Of a stretch of DNA of 64,000 bases, positions 24,891 through 37,428 are shown one piece after another. This stretch comes from Oopsacas minuta (Eukaryota; Animalia; Porifera), in contig JAKMXF010000222.1 in NCBI GenBank assembly GCA_024704765.1, forward strand, positions 1,054,001 through 1,118,000, given 5' to 3'. Position 1 is the stretch's first letter. The number at the start of each line of letters is the position of its first letter. Made by a program: the position numbers and the translations under genes. The notes beneath the pieces are model-generated. The model was not told where the DNA came from and did no database searches. It saw only the letters and a program-made list of their open reading frames with translations.

Positions 24891-25108
24891 AATAATGTAA
24901 AAAATTGATTTAAAAGAGTCGCGAACTACTGTTAGAAGATATTAACCGTAATTCTGAGGTTAAATATAGGGTTTAGATCTAAAAGAATGGCTGGAATTCT
25001 ACTGCTAATGCAAAGTAATAAGTAAAAAGTAATGGAAACGGGTAAATTCAACTTTTAATCACGAATACAAGTTTGAATATTTGTATTCATTATGAGTTTC
25101 ATTAAATG

Positions 25109-27806
25109 CAGGCCCGCCAGACACGGTCGGGTCGGTCGGGCCATGGCCCGACCAATAATTTTGGCCAAGAATACTTTTTTTGCGGAGTTATCACTAGATT
25201 GGATCGAGAATAGAACGCGAGGATTTTCATGTCGGTATTTTGTATGACATAATTAGAAGTGACCCATTAGTGTTTAGCTACACTTTACTAGTTAGGTATT
25301 TGTACATAGTAAACGTTGTATCGTTTATAGTTATCTACTAGCAGCTGGTACTAGTGGAGTTTTCTTATCTGTGTTGTGTCTAACTCTAATATCACTACCC
25401 TAATGATTTACCCAACATTCCTAACAACTTCTTACCATTTCTTTAGTAACTAACATAAGTGTTGGTAGGGTAGATGGCGTTCTCTTCATTATCCGCGCAT
25501 TCATTTCTCCCTGAATTGCCAGACAATCTAATCCATCCTAGCTCCTCCATCATCTTTCCGAAGACACCGTTCGGGATAGCCAATCAGAGGATGAGACCCT
25601 GTCAATCAGAATATTTCGAATTTTGGCCTTGGTTGACCTATGACATTGAGAAAGATGTTGTTTCTGCCACCTGTGCGTGAAGTCGCTTCAAAAGAAGAAA
25701 TGACTGCCAAGAAAGCCGACACATCGTTCACGCAGAAGGGATTTTCGTACTGGAAGGGCGCAACAATCGCTTTCAAAGAGCACGCGTCATCGGATTGTCA
25801 CAAGGAAGCTGTTGAGGTGTCAATTATTATACCTCGTTCTTGCTCTGATGTTGGGGAAATGCTTTCATCTTCGCATTCTCACCAAAAGAAAGACAACAGG
25901 GAGTGTCTTCTGAAGATTATTTCCAAACTTAAGTTTTAACCAGGCAAGGGTTACCGCTGCATAGAGACGATGATACGGACTCGAACTTCACGCAACTTAG
26001 GAAGCAGCGCGCAAGAGATGATCCTCGTCTCGCTGAGTGGCTCGAGAATAAGACCAACAAGTACATTTCACACGATATCCAGAACGAGCTCTTGAAAGTT
26101 ATGGCGTTGGAAGTACTCCGGGAGAGATCTAATTCCATCCAAGAGTCTACATTCTCTTCCACCAAGTGCGATGAGTGCACGGATGCTTCTAATAAGGAGC
26201 AGCTGGTCATTTGCTTTCGCTGGATTGAAAACAGCTCCTGGAGGTCCATGAAGATGTAATTGGCTTGTATACAATCTATGACATTTGCGCTGCAACCATT
26301 GTCAAGGTTATCAAAGATGGGTTAGTCTGAATGAACTTAGGACTGAATAAATGCAGTGGGAGGTGATACGATGGTGGCAGCAATATGAGTGGGCCCACTC
26401 ATGGTGTCGCAAAGCAGTTGCGTGATGAGGAACCACATGCCCTTTAACTACATTGCCATGGTCATGCTTTAAATCTTGCAGCTGGCGATGCTATCAAAAG
26501 GTGTAAGCATGCCAAGGATGCACTGGATGTTGCCTTTGAAGTTTCAAAGTTGTTGAAATTCTCGCCCAAGAGAACAACAAAACTGGAGAAGCTGAAGGAG
26601 GAACTTGCTCTGGATTCACCAGGCTTCCGCGTGTGTTGTGCCCTACTCGCTGGACAGTTCGTGCGGCTTCTCTGAAGTCACTCCTTTCCAACTATGTTGC
26701 TTTACAGCAATTATGGGAGACTGTGAGGGATTCCACTTCCGATCCTACTATCAAGGGGAGAATCATTGGTGTTTAATCCCAATTTAACAACTTTACTTTC
26801 TTCTTTGGAGTAAACCTTGCGGATCTAGTTCTACAACACACTGACAATTTGAGTAGGATCCTACAATCAACATCCCTGTCTGCCCTCTGAATGAGCCAAC
26901 ATCGCGCCATGACAGTGACAACACTGAGATCAGTTCGCACTGAAAATCACTTCATTGCCTTTTGGGATCATTTGATTAATGCTCAGCAAGATCTGGATGT
27001 GTGTGCCTAAGCTTTCAAGAAGGAGGAAATTACCCAAGCGATATGATGATGGTGCACCAGTTGATTTTCCCGATGATTTCCAGACGCACTATCGTCAGTC
27101 TTATTTTGAGTCCCTCGACCTCGTAATCAAAGCTATAGAAGACAGGCTTAATCAGCCGGACTACGATTTATATAGACGTTTGGAGGAACTTCTCATTCAC
27201 ACTATCCTCGGAGACAGCACTCAAGAATATTTCGACTTCGTAGCCAACTTCTACCTTGATGATTTCGACACTTCTCAGCTCCGGCTGCATCTCGAAATTT
27301 TTCGGGCAACATTCCTTGACAGCTTAAGTCTCCAACACTGTCCTGTCACGATATCAGGAAATACATCCAGATCTTATCAGAGGCAGAGAGTTCCTTGATA
27401 AGTGAAGTTGTCGCCCTGTTGAAACAGGTTCTCGTACTTCCATCAACCAATGCTGTCAGCGAGCGGTCATTTAGTGCCATGTGGCGTCTGAAGACTTGTC
27501 TACGAACTACAATGAAGCAGGAGCGGTTGAACCACTTGCTGCTATTGCATGTCCACAAGGATCACACTGACAACCTCTCTTGTGTTGAAGTAGCTAACTC
27601 CTTCGTCTGTGATTCAGAGCACCGTCTTTTTATGTTTAGACATTTCCAGTGATAAGATTGTTTCCCATGTATGTTACCAACCAGTACGAATGTTATTTAG
27701 TTTATATATTTTAGTTTAATTAGAGTGTATGAGTCCTAACTAGTAGCTACCTACGACAACGCGTTGAATCTGGTCCAACCAATTAAAAATACTTCCGCCA
27801 GGCCTG
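25109..27806 (+). mobile_element. hAT element (ZMYM1-like transposase pseudogene ~25474..27652)
   Basis: Termini CAGGCCCGCC / CCGCCAGGCCTG; TSD degenerate (ATTAAATG vs ATATGATG). TTF-type Zn finger (WPWLTYD, FTQKGFSYWK..FKEHASSDCH), YISHDIQNELL, DECTDASNKEQLVICFRW, CPTRW, PSTNAVSERSFSAM.RLKT.LRTTMKQERLN; many stops and frameshifts. Confidence 0.92.
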
Positions 27807-28897
27807 ATATGATGGTGTTGTAAGTTACCGGCTAGATCCTGGATTATTTAAACGATCCCGGCAATTCCCGGATACCAGGAAAATGCCAAATCCCAGCGTG
27901 AATTAACTGGGATTCCAAGTCGATCCCTATGTTCATATGATGGCCTATGATAAACTGTCAAATCATTTCAAAATTTGATTAGATTTGATTAGTATTTGAA
28001 AGGAATTGATTAGTATATGATGGGATTTGGAGGGATTGTGTACATTGTCCTATTTGTTGCAAAATAACATTCTTGAGAGTGTAATGGCATTTGAATTATT
28101 CTAGCTTGAATGGCCTACGCGGGTATGAAAATATGGAACAAAATTATGGTAAATGTGGCTAAAGTTTCATAGGTGCAAATTGTCTCCCTGATATCGGTTC
28201 AACTAGAAAATGGGAAGGTTCCAATCGTTGGTGGTAGGCAAATATTATTAAATTTCCGATAGAGAATTTGAGGAAATTAAGTAATGTCGAGGTCAAGTTC
28301 TGTGAACTCTATGAGGAAACAAAAAATATACGAAACGATTTCTATACTGGCCCACTACTTAGCTGTCAGTAGAGTAATATCTAAGACTTCCGATTCAATA
28401 ATACGTCAATATACTAAAGAAAGGCCGGCACAATAAAAATGCCTACCAATATATAAGTATTGCCTAATCATCACGAGTACTACCCTAGTTATGGCGCAAT
28501 TTGGATATTGGTCATAATGTTGGTCAAAACCAATAATATGCAGTCAGTATGCGTACTGACAGATTTCTGGTATTGACCGTAAGATATCCAAAATTAAATA
28601 TATTATAGCTGATAATGAATTTCATTTGGTTCATTTTGTGCTCACTCATAAAAATATATAGCTTTCGCTTATTCAGGCTGTAAAGATTATTGAGGACCAC
28701 TAATTCTTCCGGAACCTAGTTCTCAGGATTGCGGAAAATGGACACTCTGGCCACTATACTAATAGTATAGTCGACACAGAAATATAACTGTGAGATCAAC
28801 AACAATATGATAGATAACATATTCAAATTACAAATATAATTAATCATCAGATGCTAAAATCAACCGAAATAAATAATACTGAGTTATAGATGCATAC

Positions 28898-31800
28898 TTA
28901 ACAATTATCAATATCATCCAAGTATCTATCACACATTTCATTAGAAATCACAGTATAATTGTCTGATATAAGTGGTAGTTTGATAATGTACTGGATTGTT
29001 TGATCAGAAAATGTATTACGTGGATGATAATGTTTCTGAATAGTTGTGATAATTTTTAGAAATAAGACTAAATTTTTTGATATCTCATTTATAGCTAGGT
29101 ATTCCTTTGTATGAAATAACTCAAATTTCAAACGCGATATGCGGGTACATATTGATCGGACTCCGAGAAGTAAATCATCCAACTCTAATGCGGGACAACT
29201 ATTCCCATCTAATAATTTTTTAATCGTTTCAAAGATACGAATATAATCTAAATAAATAGAACCTTCCATCTCCCAACTTTGAATCTGATTTGTCCTTCCA
29301 TGGTACTCAACAAGTCGTAATCTTTCTTTAAGTATGGATAGTTCTTCGTTAATAACGAATGGGTAAACAAATCTCTGTATGATAATTTCATGAGCAAGGC
29401 TAGCTTCATTAGCTTCAATTAATAATGAAAAATATTGATTATACCTCCGAAAATAATGTGAAAGGATTGATTTATAAAAATACATTCGCTTTGAATCAAA
29501 GCATAAAACCTTGGTGAGATACTTTTCTTCCTCTGATAAAAAGTCATCATCAGAACATTCTCGCTCAACTATCGAATTAATCACTGAGATTTTGTGAGTA
29601 GACGGTGGTAGAAAAAGCAAAATTAAGACAGCGAACTTCCAGGAACCTGATAATGCGATTTGATTAGCGAAGTTCATGGTTATATGAGAATGCAATATAT
29701 TCCCAGAAGAATTATGGCATTTAGAGCCAAAAATTGTCAACAAAATTTGGAAAGAAGTTGTATAATCAAGTAAAAAATTACTATATCCAGCAACACTAAA
29801 TACCGAGGTCAGAGGAATATCATTCATGTAGGCTTTTGACATCAAACTGAAATATAAATCAAAAGTTCTATTCCTGGGATAGATTAAATCAGCAATGTGT
29901 AATGGGTATGGCAGGGGTAGACACTTGTTTGATACGAAGTCTTGGTATGATGTAAATGATTTAAGAATAGGAATATTGGGAGAATTTGAAAAATATATAA
30001 GAAGGTGGAGAGCTTGCAACCAGTTCAAACTTAGAAAGAAATCAACAAAGGGATACACAAAAAGGGGTTCTAAATTACCACTTAGGAGTCCATAAATAAA
30101 TATACGAATTGGTGAGATGAACTCTGACGTAGGAGATGATATCCATGATGATAGTTGTGACCGGAGCTGCATTTTAAACTTGGAAGATAGAGAATTTATT
30201 CCTTGCGAGATAGAAAGGGCCAAGTGAAAATCAGAATGGTTCATAGCAATACAGGATGCTCTATCAATGTCACCTTTGGTTAGCTCAAACAAAATATCCA
30301 ACAAATACGGTTCCGATGCGTTGTTAATACACGGAATCTTTAATGAAGCATTGACTTTACAAAGCCACACATTAAAACTATCAATAGATGTAATTGAAGA
30401 TGCATATGAACTTGAAAATTGTCTGACTGAATCAACATTATCAAATAAAACAGAAATAAGGTTCCAAAAGTGAAGGGAATTTCCAAACATATTGTTTTGT
30501 GCCGAAATTGTTCTAATAGCATCTCGATATAAATTTGAATTATGAAAATAGGAAAACAAGTCATAATTATCTGCCATTGCAAGTTGAACACAATTAACCT
30601 CTGAGTGATTAAGAAGTATATTTTGCAACGTAGACAACAAAGAATGAATGATACACTCATTTTCAGATTCATGCGGAAAACACTTAAATACTCTTACAAT
30701 GAACGGAGAAAGATCGCCACTAGAGGCCAATGTTAATGCCAGGATACCATTCTTGCCCCAACAAGGCCGGAAACTTCGATACAATATGCTTGAAGTATCG
30801 CCTAGAAAGTTATTATGGTGGCATATTATTGAGTTATTCGTCATTATAGGTGAAATATGATGAAAACCAAATATTTGGAATGGGGGATTAAAGGGTTTAT
30901 TCACAAAGATATTCTGAATATCACCAATTTTAGCAGTAGAACTCCTAGATAAATTGGCAAGGAGTGGGATGGAATTTGATTGAACAATCTTACATTCCAT
31001 CCTAGGTTGTAAAAAAGATTCCTTATCAAAAAAGAGTTCAGTCATATATGGAGACTGTGGGATAATAGGAATAAGTGTTTTGGTGATATCTAAAAAATGT
31101 TCTTGAGCGATGGATTTTTCCATTAAAATATCACAGGGGACATGTTCATGAACAGGATGAGAAATAGGTAGAACCTGACGATTATTAAACCCTTCTTTGG
31201 AATTTGTTGAAAATTCACAGTCTTCACCGTCACTCGAATCTGAGATGATCAATTTGTATTTGGAAAAATGGTCCACTTTAAATTTCCAAACTCCAGTTTC
31301 AATATCATAATCAATAAACTGAGCACCGAGCTTATCAGTACATTTCTCAACTTTCTCGTAATATCTATATGCTAAAATTTTGTCAGGATCATATATTGGC
31401 TTTCTGGTAGATTTGTCGATAGGCCAAACATCTCGCAAGGTTATGATAGCTTCTTTATTCAGGCCAATACCATATTCCGGCTTGAGAGATTCAATAGGAT
31501 AAACAGTAACTTCTTTTTCTTCTATAAATACAGTTTGATCAAGATTCAGTCCAGTGATATTAGTAGATCCTGGAAATAGAATTTCACCAAATCCCTTTCT
31601 TATAATTGTGAACTCTTCAACGATAAGGTGTAAATTTGGGGAAAGATGTTGAATTATTTCACTACATGGTGGTACTGTAAAGTAATCGGAGCGAGTAATA
31701 GATAACATATCATGATCAATATGATCACTGTCTATTAAAGCAGAAACTAATGTCTTTATCGTGATTCCTTGAATATCAGGAAGAGAAGAATTTTCAGGTA

Positions 31801-33559
31801 CTGAAACGCTGGAGTTGTCCCGAAATATCTCGCAAGGCAATTTTTTCATAGATTTGGGAGTTTGATTTTCAGAATGTGAGCGGTCACTAACATGGTAACT
31901 GGTTAGTGGTTTAGGAGGTGAAGTTGAAGAAATATCAGTAGATACAGAATCAGAAGTAAAACAAGATAATTCCAATTTTTTGACAGAAGTTTTGCGTGAT
32001 ACTAAAACATTTTTCTCATCAATAAATCGTGAGTCAAGAGAAGATTCTTGACGATTAAAATAAACTATATTCTCGTTGACATGGATATCCTCAGAATTAG
32101 CTTTTGGTTGGATCTTCATTTTGAATATATTCCCAGGTGGAGCAGATTTAGGAATATTCAAAGACCTGTCAGCACTGTCAAACTCACGTTTAGGGTTCTT
32201 CTCCAGAGATATACTATCAAAAGTTTGTTTTGCGTCTCGAAATAGTGGAGAATCACCAAAGGGCATCCGGGCTAACAAAAGAAGCTGTCGCTCAAGGTTT
32301 TGTGGAGGATCAGTTGCATGTACGAATGAATTTCGTACATCTATTTGATTAGAATTTGGCTGTGAATTGAAATGAATTAACGAATTGTTAGTCATATAAG
32401 GGGTAGAGACCTTTGGAAGAGCTAGGTCAAAGGGCTTGCTTGAATAATTCGATAGTTGTGTATTTTGAGAATTTGGAGTTAAACCATGAGAATTGTTATG
32501 TACTTGTCCTGGCAGAGTATTTGTCTTTACTAACTGAGGATTAAAATTATGGCCATAGCTATATGCAGTTTGAGGATTAAATGAACCAATAGTTGGTTTA
32601 GCTGCAAAAATATTTGAGGTAGTTTGTGTCGAAAAGACACTTGGAGGATTAGATAAAGGCATATAAGATGAATTGCTATTACTTGGAAGCAGACTAGAAA
32701 ATTGGTTATTCATTTGCTGAGGGAATAATCCAGAATTAGAAGTTAAGCCTATAGAACCAAATATTGGACCTGATTGATTAGAAATAGATTTGTTACCTTG
32801 AGAAATCTGGCCCATAGTGATAGGAATTTGTGACTTAGCTGGAAATATGCTTGCAGAATGGGGAGATTGCTGGCTACTTTGGTAAATACTATTATTCGCT
32901 GAATTAAAAATTCCCTTTCCAGAAGAATTGTGAGATGATAAAGTTGAAAAGATTCCTGGTTGTATACTAGTTTGAGCTTGAAACCCAGAATGAGAAACGC
33001 CTTTTCTTCCTGCAAGATAATCCTCAAATCTTAGCTCCTCTAGACTCTTATTCTCATATTCTTTCATTGCAGGGATACACTCCAATCTGACTTGAACATT
33101 AAGCTGTGTACCACCCTTCATAACAGAATCAGAGGACTGTACGGCTCTAAATGGAATAGGAGTACCTGGACCAGTTGAATTCTGGTATATAGATGTTTGT
33201 TGGAAAATATTCCCTGAAGGTGACTGAGAAGTAAATCCCAAAGAACTTGGCTTAGCACCACTAGAAAATATATTCGATGTTGACATAGTATTAGAAAAAA
33301 TGCTAGATGTTGCAGCAGGAGCCATAGAAGTACTATTAGTAAATAGACCAGTACGAGGAGAATTGGAAAAAATTGAATTGTTACCAGATGAGCCAAAAAT
33401 TGATGCTCCATTAGCAGTTGAAGTCTGGAGCAAAGAATTGGAAGAGCCAAAAATAGTTCGAGGACTAGAATTCATTGAGAATGGTGTCGAGGCTTGAGGT
33501 GGACCAAAAAGAGTGAGAGGCTGTACTGAAGGATTAGTAATTGTAGAATGAGGGAACAT
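28898..33559 (-). CDS. NUP98: Nuclear pore complex protein Nup98-Nup96 precursor, single uninterrupted ORF, 1553 aa
   Basis: Low-complexity S/N/T/Q-rich N-terminus; GLEBS motif CIPAMKEYENKSLEELRFEDYLAGRK (~33001..33140); PFGDSPLF; autoprotease domain (YFTVPP, RKGFGEILF, KEVTVYP, GIGLNKEAIITL, GVWKFKV) ending in HF|S (F765/S766, cut between 31265 and 31264); Nup96 motifs RSFRPCWG and IQSWEMEGSIYLDYIRI. Confidence 0.98.
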   Translation of the reverse strand: MFPHSTITNPSVQPLTLFGPPQASTPFSMNSSPRTIFGSSNSLLQTSTANGASIFGSSGNNSIFSNSPRTGLFTNSTSMAPAATSSIFSNTMSTSNIFSSGAKPSSLGFTSQSPSGNIFQQTSIYQNSTGPGTPIPFRAVQSSDSVMKGGTQLNVQVRLECIPAMKEYENKSLEELRFEDYLAGRKGVSHSGFQAQTSIQPGIFSTLSSHNSSGKGIFNSANNSIYQSSQQSPHSASIFPAKSQIPITMGQISQGNKSISNQSGPIFGSIGLTSNSGLFPQQMNNQFSSLLPSNSNSSYMPLSNPPSVFSTQTTSNIFAAKPTIGSFNPQTAYSYGHNFNPQLVKTNTLPGQVHNNSHGLTPNSQNTQLSNYSSKPFDLALPKVSTPYMTNNSLIHFNSQPNSNQIDVRNSFVHATDPPQNLERQLLLLARMPFGDSPLFRDAKQTFDSISLEKNPKREFDSADRSLNIPKSAPPGNIFKMKIQPKANSEDIHVNENIVYFNRQESSLDSRFIDEKNVLVSRKTSVKKLELSCFTSDSVSTDISSTSPPKPLTSYHVSDRSHSENQTPKSMKKLPCEIFRDNSSVSVPENSSLPDIQGITIKTLVSALIDSDHIDHDMLSITRSDYFTVPPCSEIIQHLSPNLHLIVEEFTIIRKGFGEILFPGSTNITGLNLDQTVFIEEKEVTVYPIESLKPEYGIGLNKEAIITLRDVWPIDKSTRKPIYDPDKILAYRYYEKVEKCTDKLGAQFIDYDIETGVWKFKVDHFSKYKLIISDSSDGEDCEFSTNSKEGFNNRQVLPISHPVHEHVPCDILMEKSIAQEHFLDITKTLIPIIPQSPYMTELFFDKESFLQPRMECKIVQSNSIPLLANLSRSSTAKIGDIQNIFVNKPFNPPFQIFGFHHISPIMTNNSIICHHNNFLGDTSSILYRSFRPCWGKNGILALTLASSGDLSPFIVRVFKCFPHESENECIIHSLLSTLQNILLNHSEVNCVQLAMADNYDLFSYFHNSNLYRDAIRTISAQNNMFGNSLHFWNLISVLFDNVDSVRQFSSSYASSITSIDSFNVWLCKVNASLKIPCINNASEPYLLDILFELTKGDIDRASCIAMNHSDFHLALSISQGINSLSSKFKMQLRSQLSSWISSPTSEFISPIRIFIYGLLSGNLEPLFVYPFVDFFLSLNWLQALHLLIYFSNSPNIPILKSFTSYQDFVSNKCLPLPYPLHIADLIYPRNRTFDLYFSLMSKAYMNDIPLTSVFSVAGYSNFLLDYTTSFQILLTIFGSKCHNSSGNILHSHITMNFANQIALSGSWKFAVLILLFLPPSTHKISVINSIVERECSDDDFLSEEEKYLTKVLCFDSKRMYFYKSILSHYFRRYNQYFSLLIEANEASLAHEIIIQRFVYPFVINEELSILKERLRLVEYHGRTNQIQSWEMEGSIYLDYIRIFETIKKLLDGNSCPALELDDLLLGVRSICTRISRLKFELFHTKEYLAINEISKNLVLFLKIITTIQKHYHPRNTFSDQTIQYIIKLPLISDNYTVISNEMCDRYLDDIDNC

Positions 33560-34405
33560 ATCTAAATATACAGAAGATGAAATAATTAGAATGTATAATC
33601 TTCAACTTCAAAACTAATACAATGCAACTATTAGCATAAATTTAGATCGATCTAAGCTACAATTATGTTTACAAAGTTGCGCCAAGAGGCTACATTGTAG
33701 GCGTAGAGTCAAGGGCACTAGTAGATTAATAAAATTAGAATAATACTTAAAGAGAACGGCTGCAGGTCATCAGATGAGTAAAAGATTGATCAAAATGAAA
33801 TAAAACACACTAACCGAACAAAGGTACTTGAACAGCAACAGGGGAAAAAAACTTTTGCCAAAATTCGGATGTATCAAGGATTTTATTACATGAGTATAGG
33901 ATTCTTGAGATTAGTATTTGATTAAAAGGATATTAATCTTTCGGAAAAATATCCAAGAACTTCTTCAACTGACTATCAAAACAAGAAACAACCATGTTAA
34001 ATGTGATTTCACGCTTTTTCTATTACAAAAAGAACATTCTTGTACACAGCCTACGAAACAAAAGCCTGTTCAGGTTCGAGAATTACCTAGACCATGGATT
34101 AATTCAAGTCTATTTAGAAATGGTGCCTTTCGCCTGGATAAATATATCGCGTAATTGTAGAATGACTTATCAACCATTTTAAGATAAATAAATTCAGGAA
34201 TGTGTCCAAATATGTGTCTAGTAAGCATTAATATGTTACAATATGCAATTTTTGATGCCTTATTGCACGGTAAATAGTACATCTTTCAATTCAAATTGCA
34301 TGAGATGAATGATCAATAGATAGTTTAATATCAAATATCAAAAATCGTAATACACAAGTTGGCTTTTTATGAATCTATACTTCTAAAACACAAATAATCT
34401 ATATA

Positions 34406-34708
34406 CAGTCAAACTTGTCTATAACTGCCATCAAAGGGACTGGACATATGTGGCAGTTATCTACAGGTGTGGAATTACTTTATGTTAATAGTGGTGATAT
34501 AGAGAAGTTAGCCTTAAAACCTGTTACCGATTTTTAAGATGATACAGTGGAAGTAGTTAATGATCGTGGCCAAAGGGACTTGTCAAGGGAAACCTTATGG
34601 GAGGCGACAGCGATATAATTTGTACGTCATATAGAGGTAGTGGCTGTTATCGCAGGTTTTAGCGCCAATAAGGGAACTAAAATGGTGGCCGTTTAGCAGG
34701 TTAGACTG
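34406..34708. mobile_element. 303-bp pogo/Tigger-like MITE
   Basis: TA-CAGTCAAACTTGTCTATAACTGCCA ... TGGCCGTTTAGCAGGTTAGACTG-TA. Confidence 0.8.
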
Positions 34709-34741
34709 TATATATTTATAAATATGTTAAGAATTGATTGA

Positions 34742-34910
34742 AGAAACTGGAAGACCCCCAGGGCCGATCTTTAGCATACTGGGGTATTTCTGGCCTGGCT
34801 CGGACAAGTTCGAGTGTTGGACAAAATTCACAGCTATGACGAAATTATACCGTCATTGTCAACTTTGGGGATTTAAAAAATCACATGATTAATCACTGCT
34901 CATCCAATAT
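34742..34910 (+). repeat. Dispersed repeat copy (family with 36222..36395 and 780..900)
   Basis: AGAAACTGGAAGACCCC..GGGCC...GGGG.ATTTCTGGCCTGG...GGACAAGTT...TTGGACAAAATTCACA.CTATG.CGAAATTATA.CGTCATTGTCA is shared with 36222..36395. Confidence 0.8.
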
Positions 34911-35635
34911 AAATGATAGATCCTTCTAATGAGTATTTATTATAGTTCAATAATTGCTAAAATATTCTCAAATCAGGATACTCAATTTGTTGTAAATACC
35001 CGACTTCGCAACCCTGATTTACAATTAGAAATGATATGTCTTACCTATTTGACGTAATTGTAAATATACACATATATGATAGTCTTCAGCGATATATTAT
35101 CAAAATGTATTAACATAGTATAGGAAGTCTACTATTTATAACAAATTGGCGGTCCTGAATGGGGAATACCATTGAACGATTACCGAGTTCTTATTGAATA
35201 TTCATAAATATTTGTCATGCCGGTCTCTACTCTTACATAAGAATGAGCAAACTTTTGTATTACAATTTTCTGATATTATGTATAAAACTAGATATAGATC
35301 ATTTCATGGTATTCGCTTTGGATTGAGAGGTCACCAATTTAACGTTCTAAGTCATCACAGAATAGCATAAAATAACAAAAAATGCTAACTAAACACAAAT
35401 TTTGACCTATTCGTGAAATGTTTAGCTAATAATGGTTGATTATTGCTTGTTATACAATTATTTAATAGATTGATTCGTAGCAAAATGAACCGTTTCTTGA
35501 ATATAGACCTCACATGGAATCTGTTCAATATGGTCATGTGTCCTAACCCAAAAATTTAGGTCAGTGTTAGGCCTGATATATAGTAGGCCATGGTACCACA
35601 AATATGGAGAAAAATGTGCTCTGGTAGAGCCGTGC

Positions 35636-35659
35636 TATATATATATATATATATATATA
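35636..35659. repeat. (TA)12 microsatellite
   Basis: Direct reading of the sequence. Confidence 0.95.
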
Positions 35660-36221
35660 ATCTCTAGAAAGATAGATTTGTTATTAAATCGAATTTGTAT
35701 TTATGCAACGGATTTTCTAACCAATCAATTTACATTTTTAGATAAGAATCAGGAATAATTACATATTGTATATCATTCAGTAGAGTAGCCCGATAAGGGC
35801 TCACCCGGGCCTAGGACGGGGGGAGGGTAACTACTATCAACTACCAATTCAACATTTCAAGGAATTTTTGGACTTGATTGAAAAAGTACTGAATCTGGGA
35901 AACCACTACAGTCAGAGGGACAGGATAGCTTATGGACTATGGATGTAATGGATTTACAATCATTAAAATCGGTAAATCCATGGATTTCGAATGGATTTAG
36001 TCCAAAGGAATCCATTAGATCCATGTAATTCGGGATCTCATGCATTTTTCATGGATTTGGTTTTGGTATCCCTATTTCCACACGGGGATGGATTGGATTT
36101 GTATCTCTGGTCATGTGGGCAATAATTGTATATTGGATTTGGATTACAAATTTGATCGAACTGGCCCCTCTGACAACATCATTAAACTATCTATTGAAAT
36201 ATGACGGAATTAATCAATGTT

Positions 36222-36395
36222 AGAAATCTGGAAGACCCCTTGGGCCAATATTTGGCATTCAGGGGCATTTCTGGCCTGGATTGGACAAGTTACAGTCTTG
36301 GACAAAATTCACACCTATGGCGAAATTATAACGTCATTGTCATCCTTGTAAATGGAATTAAAAAACTCATATTATTAATCACTGCTCAGCCAATA
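36222..36395 (+). repeat. Dispersed repeat copy (direct repeat of 34742..34910)
   Basis: Aligns by eye with 34742..34910 over ~170 bp. Confidence 0.8.
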
Positions 36396-37428
36396 TACAC
36401 AATAGAAGTTGTAAATTTATATTACATGTGCTTCTGGATGTGCCAAATGTCCTCACATCATTATTTTCGTTAAATACTAACCAATGGTGGGATTATTACA
36501 TCAACATGACTAGACACAAAAATCCAAATTTTCCAAATTTTGATATTTTCGAGAATTAATATTATACTCTAGATAAGAATTACACAGATTACTAAACTAG
36601 AGCTACTTGGCACCTCTAGTGTCAGCACAGAAGACCATCAAATGGGACTTTGATTGACCATGTATCATAAAAGACTAGAATTTCCTCAAAAACTACACGC
36701 GAGGCACATAGGGACGAGTTTATCCGTCGCCTAGCAACCCAAAGCAAGGACAAATAGCTGTTTCATACTTCTGCTAAAAATAAGGGACAAAGTTTAATGA
36801 TAAATCCTCTACCCCATAGCGACCTTGCCAACGAAGCGCGCTAGTTAATATGAATCTGAATCGATATTCAATCATTATTTAATAGATTAAATGAAAAAGT
36901 CCAAAATTCTAAAGGCCTATAAATTTCTAGTACAATGATTTTAATATGGTGGCAAAGAATTCCAAACCCACCTTTCAATACCTTCCGAAAATTAAGAGCG
37001 TGTGGTTGGCAGTGAACCCAGCAGTAAAATTTGAGAAGAATTAAACACTTAATACATCGATCAATTGTAAATCACTCCATCTGAAATATTGTCAATACGT
37101 TTTCCTAGGGTTGTTCTTTCCACGGATACAATAAAATTCCCTATCACTCCCATGCTTGCCAAAATGACATTGCATAATCTCCATAGGGGATTTGAGCACA
37201 ACTTAACACTTAATCAATTAATTTGAACTCAACTCATCTGAAATTTTTCAGTGCCTTTGTTTAGGGTGGCACATATCCAATATTTAATAATTAGTCCCTA
37301 TCACAACTACTCTTAAGCCGATGAGATTCAAAATTGATATCACAAAATACACATCTGAGATTTGAGCACGACTTATCAACTCAAATATCTGTCAATTGTC
37401 AATCAACTCTTCTGAAATTTACAAAGTA

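Noticed and set aside
29895-33497. Plus-strand and alternative-frame ORFs overlapping Nup98
   Set aside because: Short shadow ORFs of a long coding sequence with no motifs.
36600-36846. Non-autonomous Helitron end (GCGACC..CGAAGCGCGCTAGT, similar to the reverse complement at ~366..385)
   Set aside because: The subterminal hairpin is weak and no convincing A|TC 5' end was found.
37027-37425. Three degenerate ~165-bp repeats (ATTTGAG..CTT.ACACTTAAT..TCTGAAAT)
   Set aside because: Similarity too low to define units by eye; probably old MITE debris.
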